Source: Escherichia phage vB_ESM-pEJ01
Sequence record: OP114734.1
Reading direction: 5' to 3' (one strand)
DNA: 64,000 nucleotides
Positions 24,928 to 33,187 of this stretch are shown in pieces (position 1 is the first letter of the stretch; every line of letters starts with the position of its first letter). Position numbers and translations under genes: made by a program. The notes under the pieces are model-generated. The model made no database searches, had not been told where the DNA came from, and saw only the letters and a program-made list of their open reading frames with translations.

Positions 24928-27834
24928 ATGGCAGATTTAAGCAGAATCCAATTTAAACGCACTAGCACTAAAGGTCGTAAACCGGATGCTAGTACGATGA
25001 ATCCGGGGGAATTGGCAATCAACCTTGCGGATCAATATCTTCTTACTAAAAATGATTCCGGTACTATTATCAATTTAAGTTGTCCTCCGGTTTATGACCG
25101 CGATGTTACAATGGCGGGTAAGGTTAAAGGTAATAATTATATCTTAAGTAAAACCGCTAACTATCTGGAAGATCAGACAGCGAGAGATCTTAACTACTTT
25201 GGCGCTTTCCGTACCAATGGTCTTGATGGTCTTCTCGAACTCACGCTAAACGTTCCTCACTCTTCCGGTGTCCAGCATGGTCGAGGATTTACTTTCCAGT
25301 ATGGACATACTGGATCACGAGTAGAAACCTATGGATACAATAAAGAAGGTCAAAAAGCATTTAGCTATAAAATGTATCACGAAGGTGATAAACCTACTCC
25401 CTCAGAATTGAACGTTTATAGCAAACAAGAAATTGACAGAATGTTTATTAAAAACGTTAAAATGTCTGTTCCTTCCGGTGACGCAACTCGTGGTTACTTT
25501 AAGATCGCGACCGCAATGATTCCGCAGAATGGTCGAATGGCATTTTTACGGATTTACGGCGGAAACGGATATAATGTTAACTCCTACGATCAGGTGGATT
25601 TCCTTGAAATTGTGATTCGTGGTGGTAATAATAACCCTAAAGGTGTTAGTATTGCTGCATATCGTCGTAATTCTTTGAACGTCCATGAAGTATTTGCAAT
25701 TAATACTTCCGGTGATAACTATGACATTTATGTTAACTATGGTCGTTACACCGATAACGTTATTGTAGAGTTTGGAAAAACTGTTGATGTTGCATTGACT
25801 GTTCACGATGTTCCTGAATTTTCGGCGACTAAACCCGCAACCGGAACTAAATTTGATGCTCGTGTTATTACGATGTTCAACACCGAAAACAAAGCCGGAA
25901 CGTTGATGTTTGATAATAACGGTCAAGGAACATATGATATTATCAGCTTGAATAACTCGACTGATAGCAATAAAAAATATCTTCGTAAGTTTCGTAGCAA
26001 ATCCGCAGAAACAATATGGCATGAGGTTGTCGAGGGTAGCGTATATCGTTTAGCTACTGGTTTTACTGATACAGCGGATCAATTAAAAATTGATTTTAAT
26101 GGTGTTACTGTAAACCGCCTTTTTGTTAAGGGTAATAACGCTATTAGAATGGAACGCCGCGACGGGCAAAGTAACTATATCGAATTCTTTGATTATCGTT
26201 CTGGTGCTAATCGTCGTCAGGGTTATCTAGGTTATGGTGATGGTACTACTAACACTGTACAGTTAGTAAATGAATTAACGGAAGGTAATAACTCTGTAAG
26301 ACTGGATGAGAACGGTCAAGTTTCATTATCCACAGGTAAAACAAAAATTGTATACACAAACGGCGAATATGTTGCTGCATACGCTAACGCATTCCGTATG
26401 ATCTACGGAAACTATGGTGCATTCTGGCGTAATGATGGTGGTAAAATTTATCTTCTGTCTACTGCCGAAAATGATAAATTTGGTAGCTGGAACGGCAACC
26501 GACCATTCATTTATTATTTGACTACCGGTAAAGTTACTTTAGGTGGTGATGGTAACGAAGGTGCATTAGTTCTCGAAAGAGATAGCCGTGCGGCTAGATT
26601 TGCAGGTGACATTTACGTCGGTAAAGGAATGCTAACCTTTGATGCTGGTCGATTAAATTCCCGCGATTACTTCCGGTTTAACCATTGGGGCGATAGCAAT
26701 AACGGTCGCGATAACATCCTACAGATTGAAGACAGTCAGGGCGCACATTTTATCACTGAACGTGCTATGGGTACTGGTAACATAACAGCACGTTTTAAAG
26801 GCTTTGTACGTGTAGAATCTGGTGAAATTGCATTTGATGCTAATCGGGGGTCGCAGTCTCAATTTACCTTACATACATGGGGTAACGAGCAACGCAAACA
26901 GGTTTTTGAATGTAAGGATGCTACAAGTTATCACTGGTATACTGAACGTACTCAGGGTGGCACTGGACCTATTCTGTTCTCTATGGCGGGTAGTCTAAAC
27001 GTTGGTAGCAATATCACAACAACTGGTGCTGATATTACGTTTAAACGCGCTGGCAATAAGCACATCTGGTTTAGAGATCCAGACGGTTTAGAGTTAGGCT
27101 TGATGTACTGCGATGATGCTGGTGTTATTCGCTTCCGTGGTCAGAAACAAGCCCAGGCGTGGAAACTTGCGGATAAGATGATTCATCTTGAATCTGGTAG
27201 CGTCGGCGGGTCTGATAAAGGTTTGATTCGTGGTAGTGTTGCTGGTGGTAGTTGGGCTGGCTGGCGTGACCGTGCTTCCGGTTTACAAGTTGATTGTCCT
27301 CAATCAACCAATTCCGCTCATAACATCTGGAAAGCTACTCATTGGGGTCAATATCATATTGCGGCAATGGGTGTACACGTTCCTGATGGTACTATCGGAA
27401 ATGCTATGGTGCGTATGCACGTACACGATGCAACTTTTGACTTTAGCGCAACTGGTGATTTCCAAGCAGGTCGTAACGGTAATTTTAACGATGTTTACAT
27501 TCGCTCTGATGCTCGCCTGAAAATCAATAAGGAAGAGTATAAGGAGAATGCCACCGATAAAGTTAATCGCTTGACGGTATACACCTATGACAAGGTTAAA
27601 TCTTTAACCGACCGTACTGTCATTGCCCATGAAGTTGGCATTATCGCACAGGATCTTGAGAAAGAATTGCCGGAAGCAGTAACAACTTCTAAGGTTGGCG
27701 ATCCAGATAAACCAGAAGAGATCTTAACAATTTCTAACTCTGCTGTCAACGCTCTTTTAATTAAGGCGTTTCAGGAAATGAGCGAAGAATTGAAAGCCGT
27801 TAAAGCTGAACTAGCGGAACTTAAAAAGAATTAA
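24928..27834 (+). CDS. 37: long tail fibre distal subunit gp37 with C-terminal intramolecular chaperone (S74-like) domain
   Basis: 968 aa; N-terminus IQFKRTSTKGRKPDASTMNPGELAINL matches remembered T4 gp37 start; C-terminal ~120 aa (ARLKINKEEY...coiled coil) resembles self-cleaving chaperone domains. Confidence 0.85.
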   Translation: MADLSRIQFKRTSTKGRKPDASTMNPGELAINLADQYLLTKNDSGTIINLSCPPVYDRDVTMAGKVKGNNYILSKTANYLEDQTARDLNYFGAFRTNGLDGLLELTLNVPHSSGVQHGRGFTFQYGHTGSRVETYGYNKEGQKAFSYKMYHEGDKPTPSELNVYSKQEIDRMFIKNVKMSVPSGDATRGYFKIATAMIPQNGRMAFLRIYGGNGYNVNSYDQVDFLEIVIRGGNNNPKGVSIAAYRRNSLNVHEVFAINTSGDNYDIYVNYGRYTDNVIVEFGKTVDVALTVHDVPEFSATKPATGTKFDARVITMFNTENKAGTLMFDNNGQGTYDIISLNNSTDSNKKYLRKFRSKSAETIWHEVVEGSVYRLATGFTDTADQLKIDFNGVTVNRLFVKGNNAIRMERRDGQSNYIEFFDYRSGANRRQGYLGYGDGTTNTVQLVNELTEGNNSVRLDENGQVSLSTGKTKIVYTNGEYVAAYANAFRMIYGNYGAFWRNDGGKIYLLSTAENDKFGSWNGNRPFIYYLTTGKVTLGGDGNEGALVLERDSRAARFAGDIYVGKGMLTFDAGRLNSRDYFRFNHWGDSNNGRDNILQIEDSQGAHFITERAMGTGNITARFKGFVRVESGEIAFDANRGSQSQFTLHTWGNEQRKQVFECKDATSYHWYTERTQGGTGPILFSMAGSLNVGSNITTTGADITFKRAGNKHIWFRDPDGLELGLMYCDDAGVIRFRGQKQAQAWKLADKMIHLESGSVGGSDKGLIRGSVAGGSWAGWRDRASGLQVDCPQSTNSAHNIWKATHWGQYHIAAMGVHVPDGTIGNAMVRMHVHDATFDFSATGDFQAGRNGNFNDVYIRSDARLKINKEEYKENATDKVNRLTVYTYDKVKSLTDRTVIAHEVGIIAQDLEKELPEAVTTSKVGDPDKPEEILTISNSAVNALLIKAFQEMSEELKAVKAELAELKKN

Positions 27835-27875
27835 GGAAAATTCCCAGGGAAGGGAACTACTAAGGAGAAACGGCT

Positions 27876-28115
27876 ATGGTCTATAATATCGTCATTGGTG
27901 CTTTGTCTAATTTCGGAATGAAATTATTGTCAAAGTTAATTAGTGAAAAGATGCTCACTAAAATTTTCTTCTATTGCGCTCGTCGTCTTGCGGCTTATAC
28001 CAATACGCCAATTGATGATCGTTTTGTGGAAGAACTTTATAAGGAGTTTAATAAAGATCAGTCAGAAGATAGTAACGAGCAAGATAAACCTAGTGATAGT
28101 CAACTACCTAAATAA
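27876..28115 (+). CDS. hypothetical small protein in the gene 38 position
   Basis: 79 aa; strong SD AAGGAG; hydrophobic N-terminus, acidic C-terminus; no resemblance to T4 gp38 noted. Confidence 0.45.
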   Translation: MVYNIVIGALSNFGMKLLSKLISEKMLTKIFFYCARRLAAYTNTPIDDRFVEELYKEFNKDQSEDSNEQDKPSDSQLPK

Positions 28116-28148
28116 GAGTACACTGTCATAGTTATCTTAGGGCATTAT

Positions 28149-28805
28149 ATGCAAGTTTCTGAAAAAGGGAAAGACTTTGCTATCTCAAATGTCCTGCGCG
28201 CTATTTTCACAACTAAAAGCACGGAGTTGCTCGTACTTCGTGTTTTTGCTGCCGTCGTGTTGTCCATATTAGCATTTGTCGTTTATAGTAAAAACGAGTT
28301 ATTTGCGCTTTATAAAGAGACTCGTTATGAGACTTATGCTCACATTCTCCAGGTAGAGAAAGACCGCAATTTTGATAATGCAGCACAGGAGCAGTTACAG
28401 ATAGTTCATGTGTCGGCTGATGCCGATTTTTCTGCTGTTTTTAGCTTTCGTCCGAAAAACCTAAACTATTTTGTTGATTTGGTGGCATATGAAGGAAAGC
28501 TACCGCATACGATCGATGAAAAGAATTTAGGCGGGTTCCCTATCAATAAAACGAGTGAAGAATATCGTAGGCATCTTTTAGGTAAATCATATTTTACCGA
28601 TAAAGATTTCCAGTATATTCCATCGAGGGAGAAAAAATTAGAGAATATCGATATAGGGTTTATGTATTCTTGTCCTATATTCAATCTCGATAATGTCTAT
28701 TCTGGTAGTATCGCCATTGCATGGAAGAATAAACCGGATATTGACATTGAGAATTTGGATACTCTTTGCAATCAATCTGCCAGAATCCTCGGAAGGATTA
28801 GATAA
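28149..28805 (+). CDS. t: holin
   Basis: 218 aa; LQIVHVSADADFSAVFSFRPKNLNYFVDLVAYEGKLP and C-terminal ARILGR match remembered T4 holin T. Confidence 0.9.
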   Translation: MQVSEKGKDFAISNVLRAIFTTKSTELLVLRVFAAVVLSILAFVVYSKNELFALYKETRYETYAHILQVEKDRNFDNAAQEQLQIVHVSADADFSAVFSFRPKNLNYFVDLVAYEGKLPHTIDEKNLGGFPINKTSEEYRRHLLGKSYFTDKDFQYIPSREKKLENIDIGFMYSCPIFNLDNVYSGSIAIAWKNKPDIDIENLDTLCNQSARILGRIR

Positions 28806-28810
28806 CTTAA

Positions 28811-28844
28811 AGGGGAAGCCTTTCGGCCTCCCCTTCTTTTTTAT
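28811..28844. terminator. bidirectional rho-independent terminator between convergent genes
   Basis: hairpin AGGGGAAGCC-TTTC-GGCCTCCCCT with T-run on plus side and A/T-rich tract on minus side. Confidence 0.6.
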
Positions 28845-29089
28845 TGGCGCATAGAAGCCCCTGAATCACATTTTGACGCTGTATGATGAAAACAGGTAGC
28901 GTACCAGTCATCGGCTTGTTTGTCTTCGTCAGAAAACGCGTAATTGCGTTGTATGCCGTTTTCTACTTTGACCAGTGCAATAGCTGTTTCTGGAAGATCA
29001 ATCAATCGGACAAAATCGCCATCTTCCCATTCTACACGAGCAATATCATAACCCATCTCAAAATAAACAATCGCTTGTTCTAATTTCAT
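28841..29089 (-). CDS. DUF2829-like small protein (candidate Tad2-like signal sponge)
   Basis: 82 aa; pattern ...FEMGYDIARVEW.DG.FV ... YAFSDEDKQADDWYA resembles the DUF2829 arrangement as remembered; last gene of the accessory island. Confidence 0.35.
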   Translation of the reverse strand: MKLEQAIVYFEMGYDIARVEWEDGDFVRLIDLPETAIALVKVENGIQRNYAFSDEDKQADDWYATCFHHTASKCDSGASMRQ

Positions 29090-29418
29090 TCTGGAAACTT
29101 CCCGTAAATGTTCTCTGCCAACATACGCGCATCGCTAATGATATCTTTCATGCTATGACCGTAGTGTTCAGCCATTGAGTTGACACAATCAACAAAGAAA
29201 TTATAACGGCGACGGTTTAAGATTTCTTCTCTGCTATAGTTTTCATATTTGACGGTCGAGTGTGCTTTCTCGATTGCCTTGATTGCTATATTGACTTCAT
29301 TGATAATGGTTTTAGCATTGTATGCGCCACGACGGATCAGGATATTTGTCAATTCTCTTGCAATATCTTGCAATTCTTCATATTCATGTTCAAACATAAT
29401 CAACCTCTCAAAATACAA
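29086..29418 (-). CDS. hypothetical protein
   Basis: 110 aa track ORF, tightly packed in island. Confidence 0.4.
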   Translation of the reverse strand: MYFERLIMFEHEYEELQDIARELTNILIRRGAYNAKTIINEVNIAIKAIEKAHSTVKYENYSREEILNRRRYNFFVDCVNSMAEHYGHSMKDIISDARMLAENIYGKFPE

Positions 29419-29421
29419 TCC

Positions 29422-29754
29422 TTACAGATGAAAACCTGTTACGATCACCGCATCGATCTTACCGCTAGGAATAAACGGTTCGCCCTCTTTTATTTCAACT
29501 TTGAATTGATGCCATTTCGCTAATACTTCTTCCGGTACACCCAGCGATTCGGCGTCTGCTTTAGTTTCATCCATAATCCAACTAGGCTGCATGAGAGCAT
29601 AGTTTACATAGTCCATTTCTGGGGTCATGTCATCAATGTTAATATATTTGCAGTTGACGCGTTTCAGAATTTCAAATTCTTTATTGTCAACCTGTACCAT
29701 GTATAATTCAGTAGTTTCTGGAATCAGTTCCCACACAATCAGTACATTTTTCAT
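29422..29754 (-). CDS. hypothetical protein
   Basis: 110 aa track ORF. Confidence 0.4.
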   Translation of the reverse strand: MKNVLIVWELIPETTELYMVQVDNKEFEILKRVNCKYINIDDMTPEMDYVNYALMQPSWIMDETKADAESLGVPEEVLAKWHQFKVEIKEGEPFIPSGKIDAVIVTGFHL

Positions 29755-29762
29755 AGTTCACC

Positions 29763-30131
29763 TCACTTAACAAAGATTTTCTTTAATGCTTTCAGGATCG
29801 TTGCTTCCGGCGCTTCTTCCGGTGGAGGAAGCAATTCTACCACTTCCTCTTCCAACTCGATATAGTCTACCAGATATTCTACATAGAATGCAAGTGCTTC
29901 CATGAAATTAGATGCTACATCCGATTCACCACAAGCGCCTACATGCATTGTATAAACATCACTGCGATCAAGTTTGTGGATGCTTCCCAGATAGTTTCGG
30001 TTATACCAGACTTCCCACACTTTCAGCTTTCCGGTTTTGGTTGCTGTTTTATAATCGGTTTCGTAATGATGCAATTGACGTTGCAAATCATTGATAATAA
30101 CACATTTTTCGTAATTGTTTTGAATTTCCAT
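29763..30131 (-). CDS. hypothetical protein
   Basis: 122 aa track ORF. Confidence 0.4.
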   Translation of the reverse strand: MEIQNNYEKCVIINDLQRQLHHYETDYKTATKTGKLKVWEVWYNRNYLGSIHKLDRSDVYTMHVGACGESDVASNFMEALAFYVEYLVDYIELEEEVVELLPPPEEAPEATILKALKKIFVK

Positions 30132-30141
30132 GATGTAATCC

Positions 30142-30333
30142 TCACTTATCGTTAAGAAGTTCTAAAACTTTCTGTCGTACTTTGTCAATATTAGTTGATT
30201 CAAAAACTGTACGGTATCCCCAGCTTTGACCGTATGATCGGTTGCAATCTCCATATCCCCATTGTTCAACCTGATAGTATTCAAGGAATGGATGCTGCCG
30301 AACTATGATACCATCTCTATTAAAAATTACCAT
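30142..30333 (-). CDS. hypothetical small protein
   Basis: 63 aa track ORF. Confidence 0.35.
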   Translation of the reverse strand: MVIFNRDGIIVRQHPFLEYYQVEQWGYGDCNRSYGQSWGYRTVFESTNIDKVRQKVLELLNDK

Positions 30334-30355
30334 AATATAATCCTCACGTCAAAAC

Positions 30356-30643
30356 TTATTTTCGGTTGTGGTCACGATATGTTTTAAAATATCCCTCGTA
30401 CCACGGTAAAACATCTGGATTTTTACCACTATACAGACCTTTAACCATCATGTCAATAAGGCCATCTGGTGTTTGATAGTTTCCAGCTTTTATAAGCTCT
30501 CTGATTAAAATCTCTCTGTATATGTCTTTCGGATCTTCGTAATCAACTTGTATTGTGGTTGTGGTCTCATTCAATTTGGTTTCTGGATTATCTCGCATTG
30601 CATCCCACCAATCTTTTGTGACCTTCATGTTATTGAATTGCAT
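30356..30643 (-). CDS. hypothetical protein
   Basis: 95 aa track ORF. Confidence 0.4.
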   Translation of the reverse strand: MQFNNMKVTKDWWDAMRDNPETKLNETTTTIQVDYEDPKDIYREILIRELIKAGNYQTPDGLIDMMVKGLYSGKNPDVLPWYEGYFKTYRDHNRK

Positions 30644-30654
30644 AATTTAACCTC

Positions 30655-31413
30655 TTACTTGCAAACGTATTGATCTACATCAATTGCTCCACCGAATGTA
30701 GGATGACGTTTTTCAAATCGAATAGTTCCGTCGTTTGGTTCGAAAACGGAGTATTCATATAGATCTTTCTTGCCAACATTCTTATAAAACCCGCCTTTAG
30801 TCATAACGGTTTCTTGTACGTTTGCTTTGTGTACGTTGTATTCGTCAATGTATACAAAATCAACCATCTTCCCATTTTTAATGGTTACTTTAAGATCTCC
30901 TGGTTGATTTCCATATTTGGCATACAGTGGCGCTTCTTTAATTTTTGTGGAAATTCCATCTTTCATACTCCACTCATAACGAACGGTGCATTGATAGGTA
31001 AAAGTTTCGACCTTCGGTTCTTCCACCACTTTTTCTTCCTGTTTCGGTTGTTCTTCTTCAACCTTCGCAGAAGTCTCTGAATCGCTTTCTGACGCGGTTT
31101 CTTCTTTAGGTAATACATTCATCAAGTTTTGGATTTGAGCGTTGTATACAGCCTCCAGTGGCTGAATCTGCCCGATATTGATCATTGTATCACGAACAGT
31201 TTTATTCCAGTTGCGTTGCTCTTGTTTAAGAGACGGATCAATCTTAACAGCCTTAACATACACCTCATGAAGTTTCGAATCCAGTGCTGAGATTGACTCA
31301 TTAGCACAAATAAACTTCTCTGATTTGGTAGTGGCTTTAGCGCAATCAAAGGACGCAGCATTAGCACCGAAAGCAGTAGCGGAAATAACGATAGCAGCGA
31401 TAATGTTTTTCAT
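30655..31413 (-). CDS. secreted protein with LprI-like (DUF1311, lysozyme-inhibitor-like) N-terminal domain
   Basis: 252 aa; signal peptide MKNIIAAIVISATAFGANA; FDCAKATTKSEKFICANESISALDSKL...QRNW motif; SD GAGGAA and promoter 31448..31476. Confidence 0.5.
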   Translation of the reverse strand: MKNIIAAIVISATAFGANAASFDCAKATTKSEKFICANESISALDSKLHEVYVKAVKIDPSLKQEQRNWNKTVRDTMINIGQIQPLEAVYNAQIQNLMNVLPKEETASESDSETSAKVEEEQPKQEEKVVEEPKVETFTYQCTVRYEWSMKDGISTKIKEAPLYAKYGNQPGDLKVTIKNGKMVDFVYIDEYNVHKANVQETVMTKGGFYKNVGKKDLYEYSVFEPNDGTIRFEKRHPTFGGAIDVDQYVCK

Positions 31414-31447
31414 AATATATTCCTCAATGTTTTGTCTTGATGGGAGT

Positions 31448-31476
31448 ATCTTACTACTCCCTTAATCCGGTGTCAA
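31448..31476 (-). promoter_or_regulatory. sigma70-like promoter (TTGACA-17-TAAGAT) with -10 in hairpin loop
   Basis: hairpin GGGAGTATCTTACTACTCCC identical to the one at 4551..4570. Confidence 0.55.
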
Positions 31477-31483
31477 CTACTTT

Positions 31484-31696
31484 TTAATTTTTACCCGCTC
31501 GTGCATTAATACGCATTTTCTGCATAGCCATAATCTGGTTTACTGCTTCTTCTTTGCGTTTTTGCGTGATAACGTGACCAGATTCCGCAAACTCTCCCGC
31601 AACTTCTTCTACGATCTCGCGAACTTGAGAACGTCCAAAGATGCGGTTTCCTTCGTAGCTCATAAATTCAGTCACTACTTGCTCAATAGATTTCAT
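31484..31696 (-). CDS. hypothetical small protein
   Basis: 70 aa; promoter 31731..31759 upstream. Confidence 0.4.
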   Translation of the reverse strand: MKSIEQVVTEFMSYEGNRIFGRSQVREIVEEVAGEFAESGHVITQKRKEEAVNQIMAMQKMRINARAGKN

Positions 31697-31730
31697 GTGA
31701 TTCTCCTTCTTTCGTTTCGGTGTGGGAGTA

Positions 31731-31759
31731 TGTTAATACTCCCATTTCTTTACGTCAAC
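31731..31759 (-). promoter_or_regulatory. sigma70-like promoter (TTGACG-17-TAACAT) with hairpin
   Basis: hairpin GGGAGTATGTTAATACTCCC around the -10. Confidence 0.5.
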
Positions 31760-31761
31760 AA

Positions 31762-31923
31762 CTATTTTAAATTATTTTCGACCTTCATCCATTCCGCGTA
31801 TTCTTGCGCGGCTACTTTCGGATTTAGTCCGTCTTCGTACATTGCTTCAAGTAATTCTTCGTCGGTGGGCTTATACCCTAGATAAGCCTCCACCTGATTT
31901 TTCCAAATTTTATACCAGTTCAT
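31762..31923 (-). CDS. hypothetical small protein
   Basis: 53 aa from MNWYKIW; ATG at 31923 follows the stop of the upstream gene; track ORF 5' extension overlaps that gene. Confidence 0.35.
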   Translation of the reverse strand: MNWYKIWKNQVEAYLGYKPTDEELLEAMYEDGLNPKVAAQEYAEWMKVENNLK

Positions 31924-31927
31924 ATTA

Positions 31928-32200
31928 TCACCAGTCAAGAGCGCGTGTCTCTGCGTCTTCCCATGCTTGATCCATAACAGCCTTGAAAACATATTCTAAA
32001 GTATCATCTTTAGAGAATCCGAAGACCTTAGACGGAATATCTTCAATTGCTACTCCCGCGACTTCTGCATTACGCGCTTGGCAATAATGCAACTCTAAGT
32101 TATCGAGATAGCGACCGCCTAATTTCTCCATATCATCCCAGCATTTCCAGTAACCTACTTTATTTGCAATCGCTAACACCTTGCTGTTTTCGTTGTTCAT
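31928..32200 (-). CDS. hypothetical protein
   Basis: 90 aa from MNNENSKV; SD AAGGAG; promoter 32232..32260 upstream. Confidence 0.45.
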   Translation of the reverse strand: MNNENSKVLAIANKVGYWKCWDDMEKLGGRYLDNLELHYCQARNAEVAGVAIEDIPSKVFGFSKDDTLEYVFKAVMDQAWEDAETRALDW

Positions 32201-32231
32201 CTTTGATTCTCCTTTTGTTTGGTATGGGAGT

Positions 32232-32260
32232 ATGTTACTACTCCCTTGTTCTGGTGTCAA
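32232..32260 (-). promoter_or_regulatory. sigma70-like promoter (TTGACA-17-TAACAT) with hairpin
   Basis: hairpin GGGAGTATGTTACTACTCCC around the -10. Confidence 0.5.
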
Positions 32261-32266
32261 TAGACT

Positions 32267-32473
32267 TTATTCGATTATTTCAAATTTTGCTACCGGATCA
32301 CCGTTTCGTTTGGTTGCAGTAAGTTGTTGTTTGTCAAAGTAAAACCAAATATAGTCACCATGAACTACATCAAATGTGTTTCCGCTATTGTCCGTGAATA
32401 AATCAACATCATAATCACACCCAACACTAAAGCTATAATTGATGTGATCGGTTTCAATGCAACGTACTTTCAT
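32267..32473 (-). CDS. small protein, paralog of 4813..5031
   Basis: 68 aa from MKVRCIETDH; C-terminal ...GDPVAKFEIIE similar to ...GRKVAKFELVIKK; promoter 32505..32533. Confidence 0.45.
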   Translation of the reverse strand: MKVRCIETDHINYSFSVGCDYDVDLFTDNSGNTFDVVHGDYIWFYFDKQQLTATKRNGDPVAKFEIIE

Positions 32474-32504
32474 TTTTGAATCTCCTTTTTGTTTCACTGT
32501 GTGT

Positions 32505-32533
32505 ATTATGCAATGCTGGATTATGGAAGTCAA
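32505..32533 (-). promoter_or_regulatory. sigma70-like promoter (TTGACT-17-CATAAT)
   Basis: canonical spacing upstream of ORF 32267..32473. Confidence 0.45.
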
Positions 32534-32586
32534 ACAACTTTTTAAAATAAAAAAAAGCCGACCACAAGGATCGGCTTAATAATCAG

Positions 32587-32982
32587 TTACTTACTAAATT
32601 TCTTTTTGGCTTCGTCTACTGCATGAGATGCTAGTACCGCTGCCGCATGTGCACTTTTATCTGTGTTGCAGAGAACACCCAGATAAACATCACGCCAAAG
32701 TTTAATCATCTCATAGATCATATCAATATCATTTTCTTGTTTGTTGGCGATGCTATTCGTTGTTATCTGGTAAGGTAACGGCTTTATCTGTACTGGTTCC
32801 GCCATCGGGCTAATCGGTTTCGGATCAGTCATAATAGGTGCTGTTGTGGGTGGTGTTTTCCATACGTCATTATTCCACGGTTTAATCGTTGTATCGTAAA
32901 GTTTATAAGGATTTTTGTCTGGATCAACCATCCATGCATGATGGATACCTAAACCATTTGAAGTGATGCGTCGTTCATTCAT
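32587..32982 (-). CDS. hypothetical protein
   Basis: 131 aa track ORF. Confidence 0.4.
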   Translation of the reverse strand: MNERRITSNGLGIHHAWMVDPDKNPYKLYDTTIKPWNNDVWKTPPTTAPIMTDPKPISPMAEPVQIKPLPYQITTNSIANKQENDIDMIYEMIKLWRDVYLGVLCNTDKSAHAAAVLASHAVDEAKKKFSK

Positions 32983-33187
32983 GTTTTACCCCCTCTGATA
33001 ATTCTTTCATCAAGCTGTCGATCTTTGCTCTGTGTTCTGGCGTGTTTGTCATCTCTGCTAATTTGCTCAGAGATTCACTGGTGATCCGGTTGGATTCTTC
33101 CAGTGTTTCAACGACAATTGGAACAATCTTTTTATTGTTGTACAGAAATGCAATATAACCGTCTTCTGGATATTCTTTCATAATCAA
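32975..33187 (-). CDS. hypothetical small protein
   Basis: 70 aa track ORF immediately downstream of gene 52. Confidence 0.4.
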   Translation of the reverse strand: MIMKEYPEDGYIAFLYNNKKIVPIVVETLEESNRITSESLSKLAEMTNTPEHRAKIDSLMKELSEGVKHE

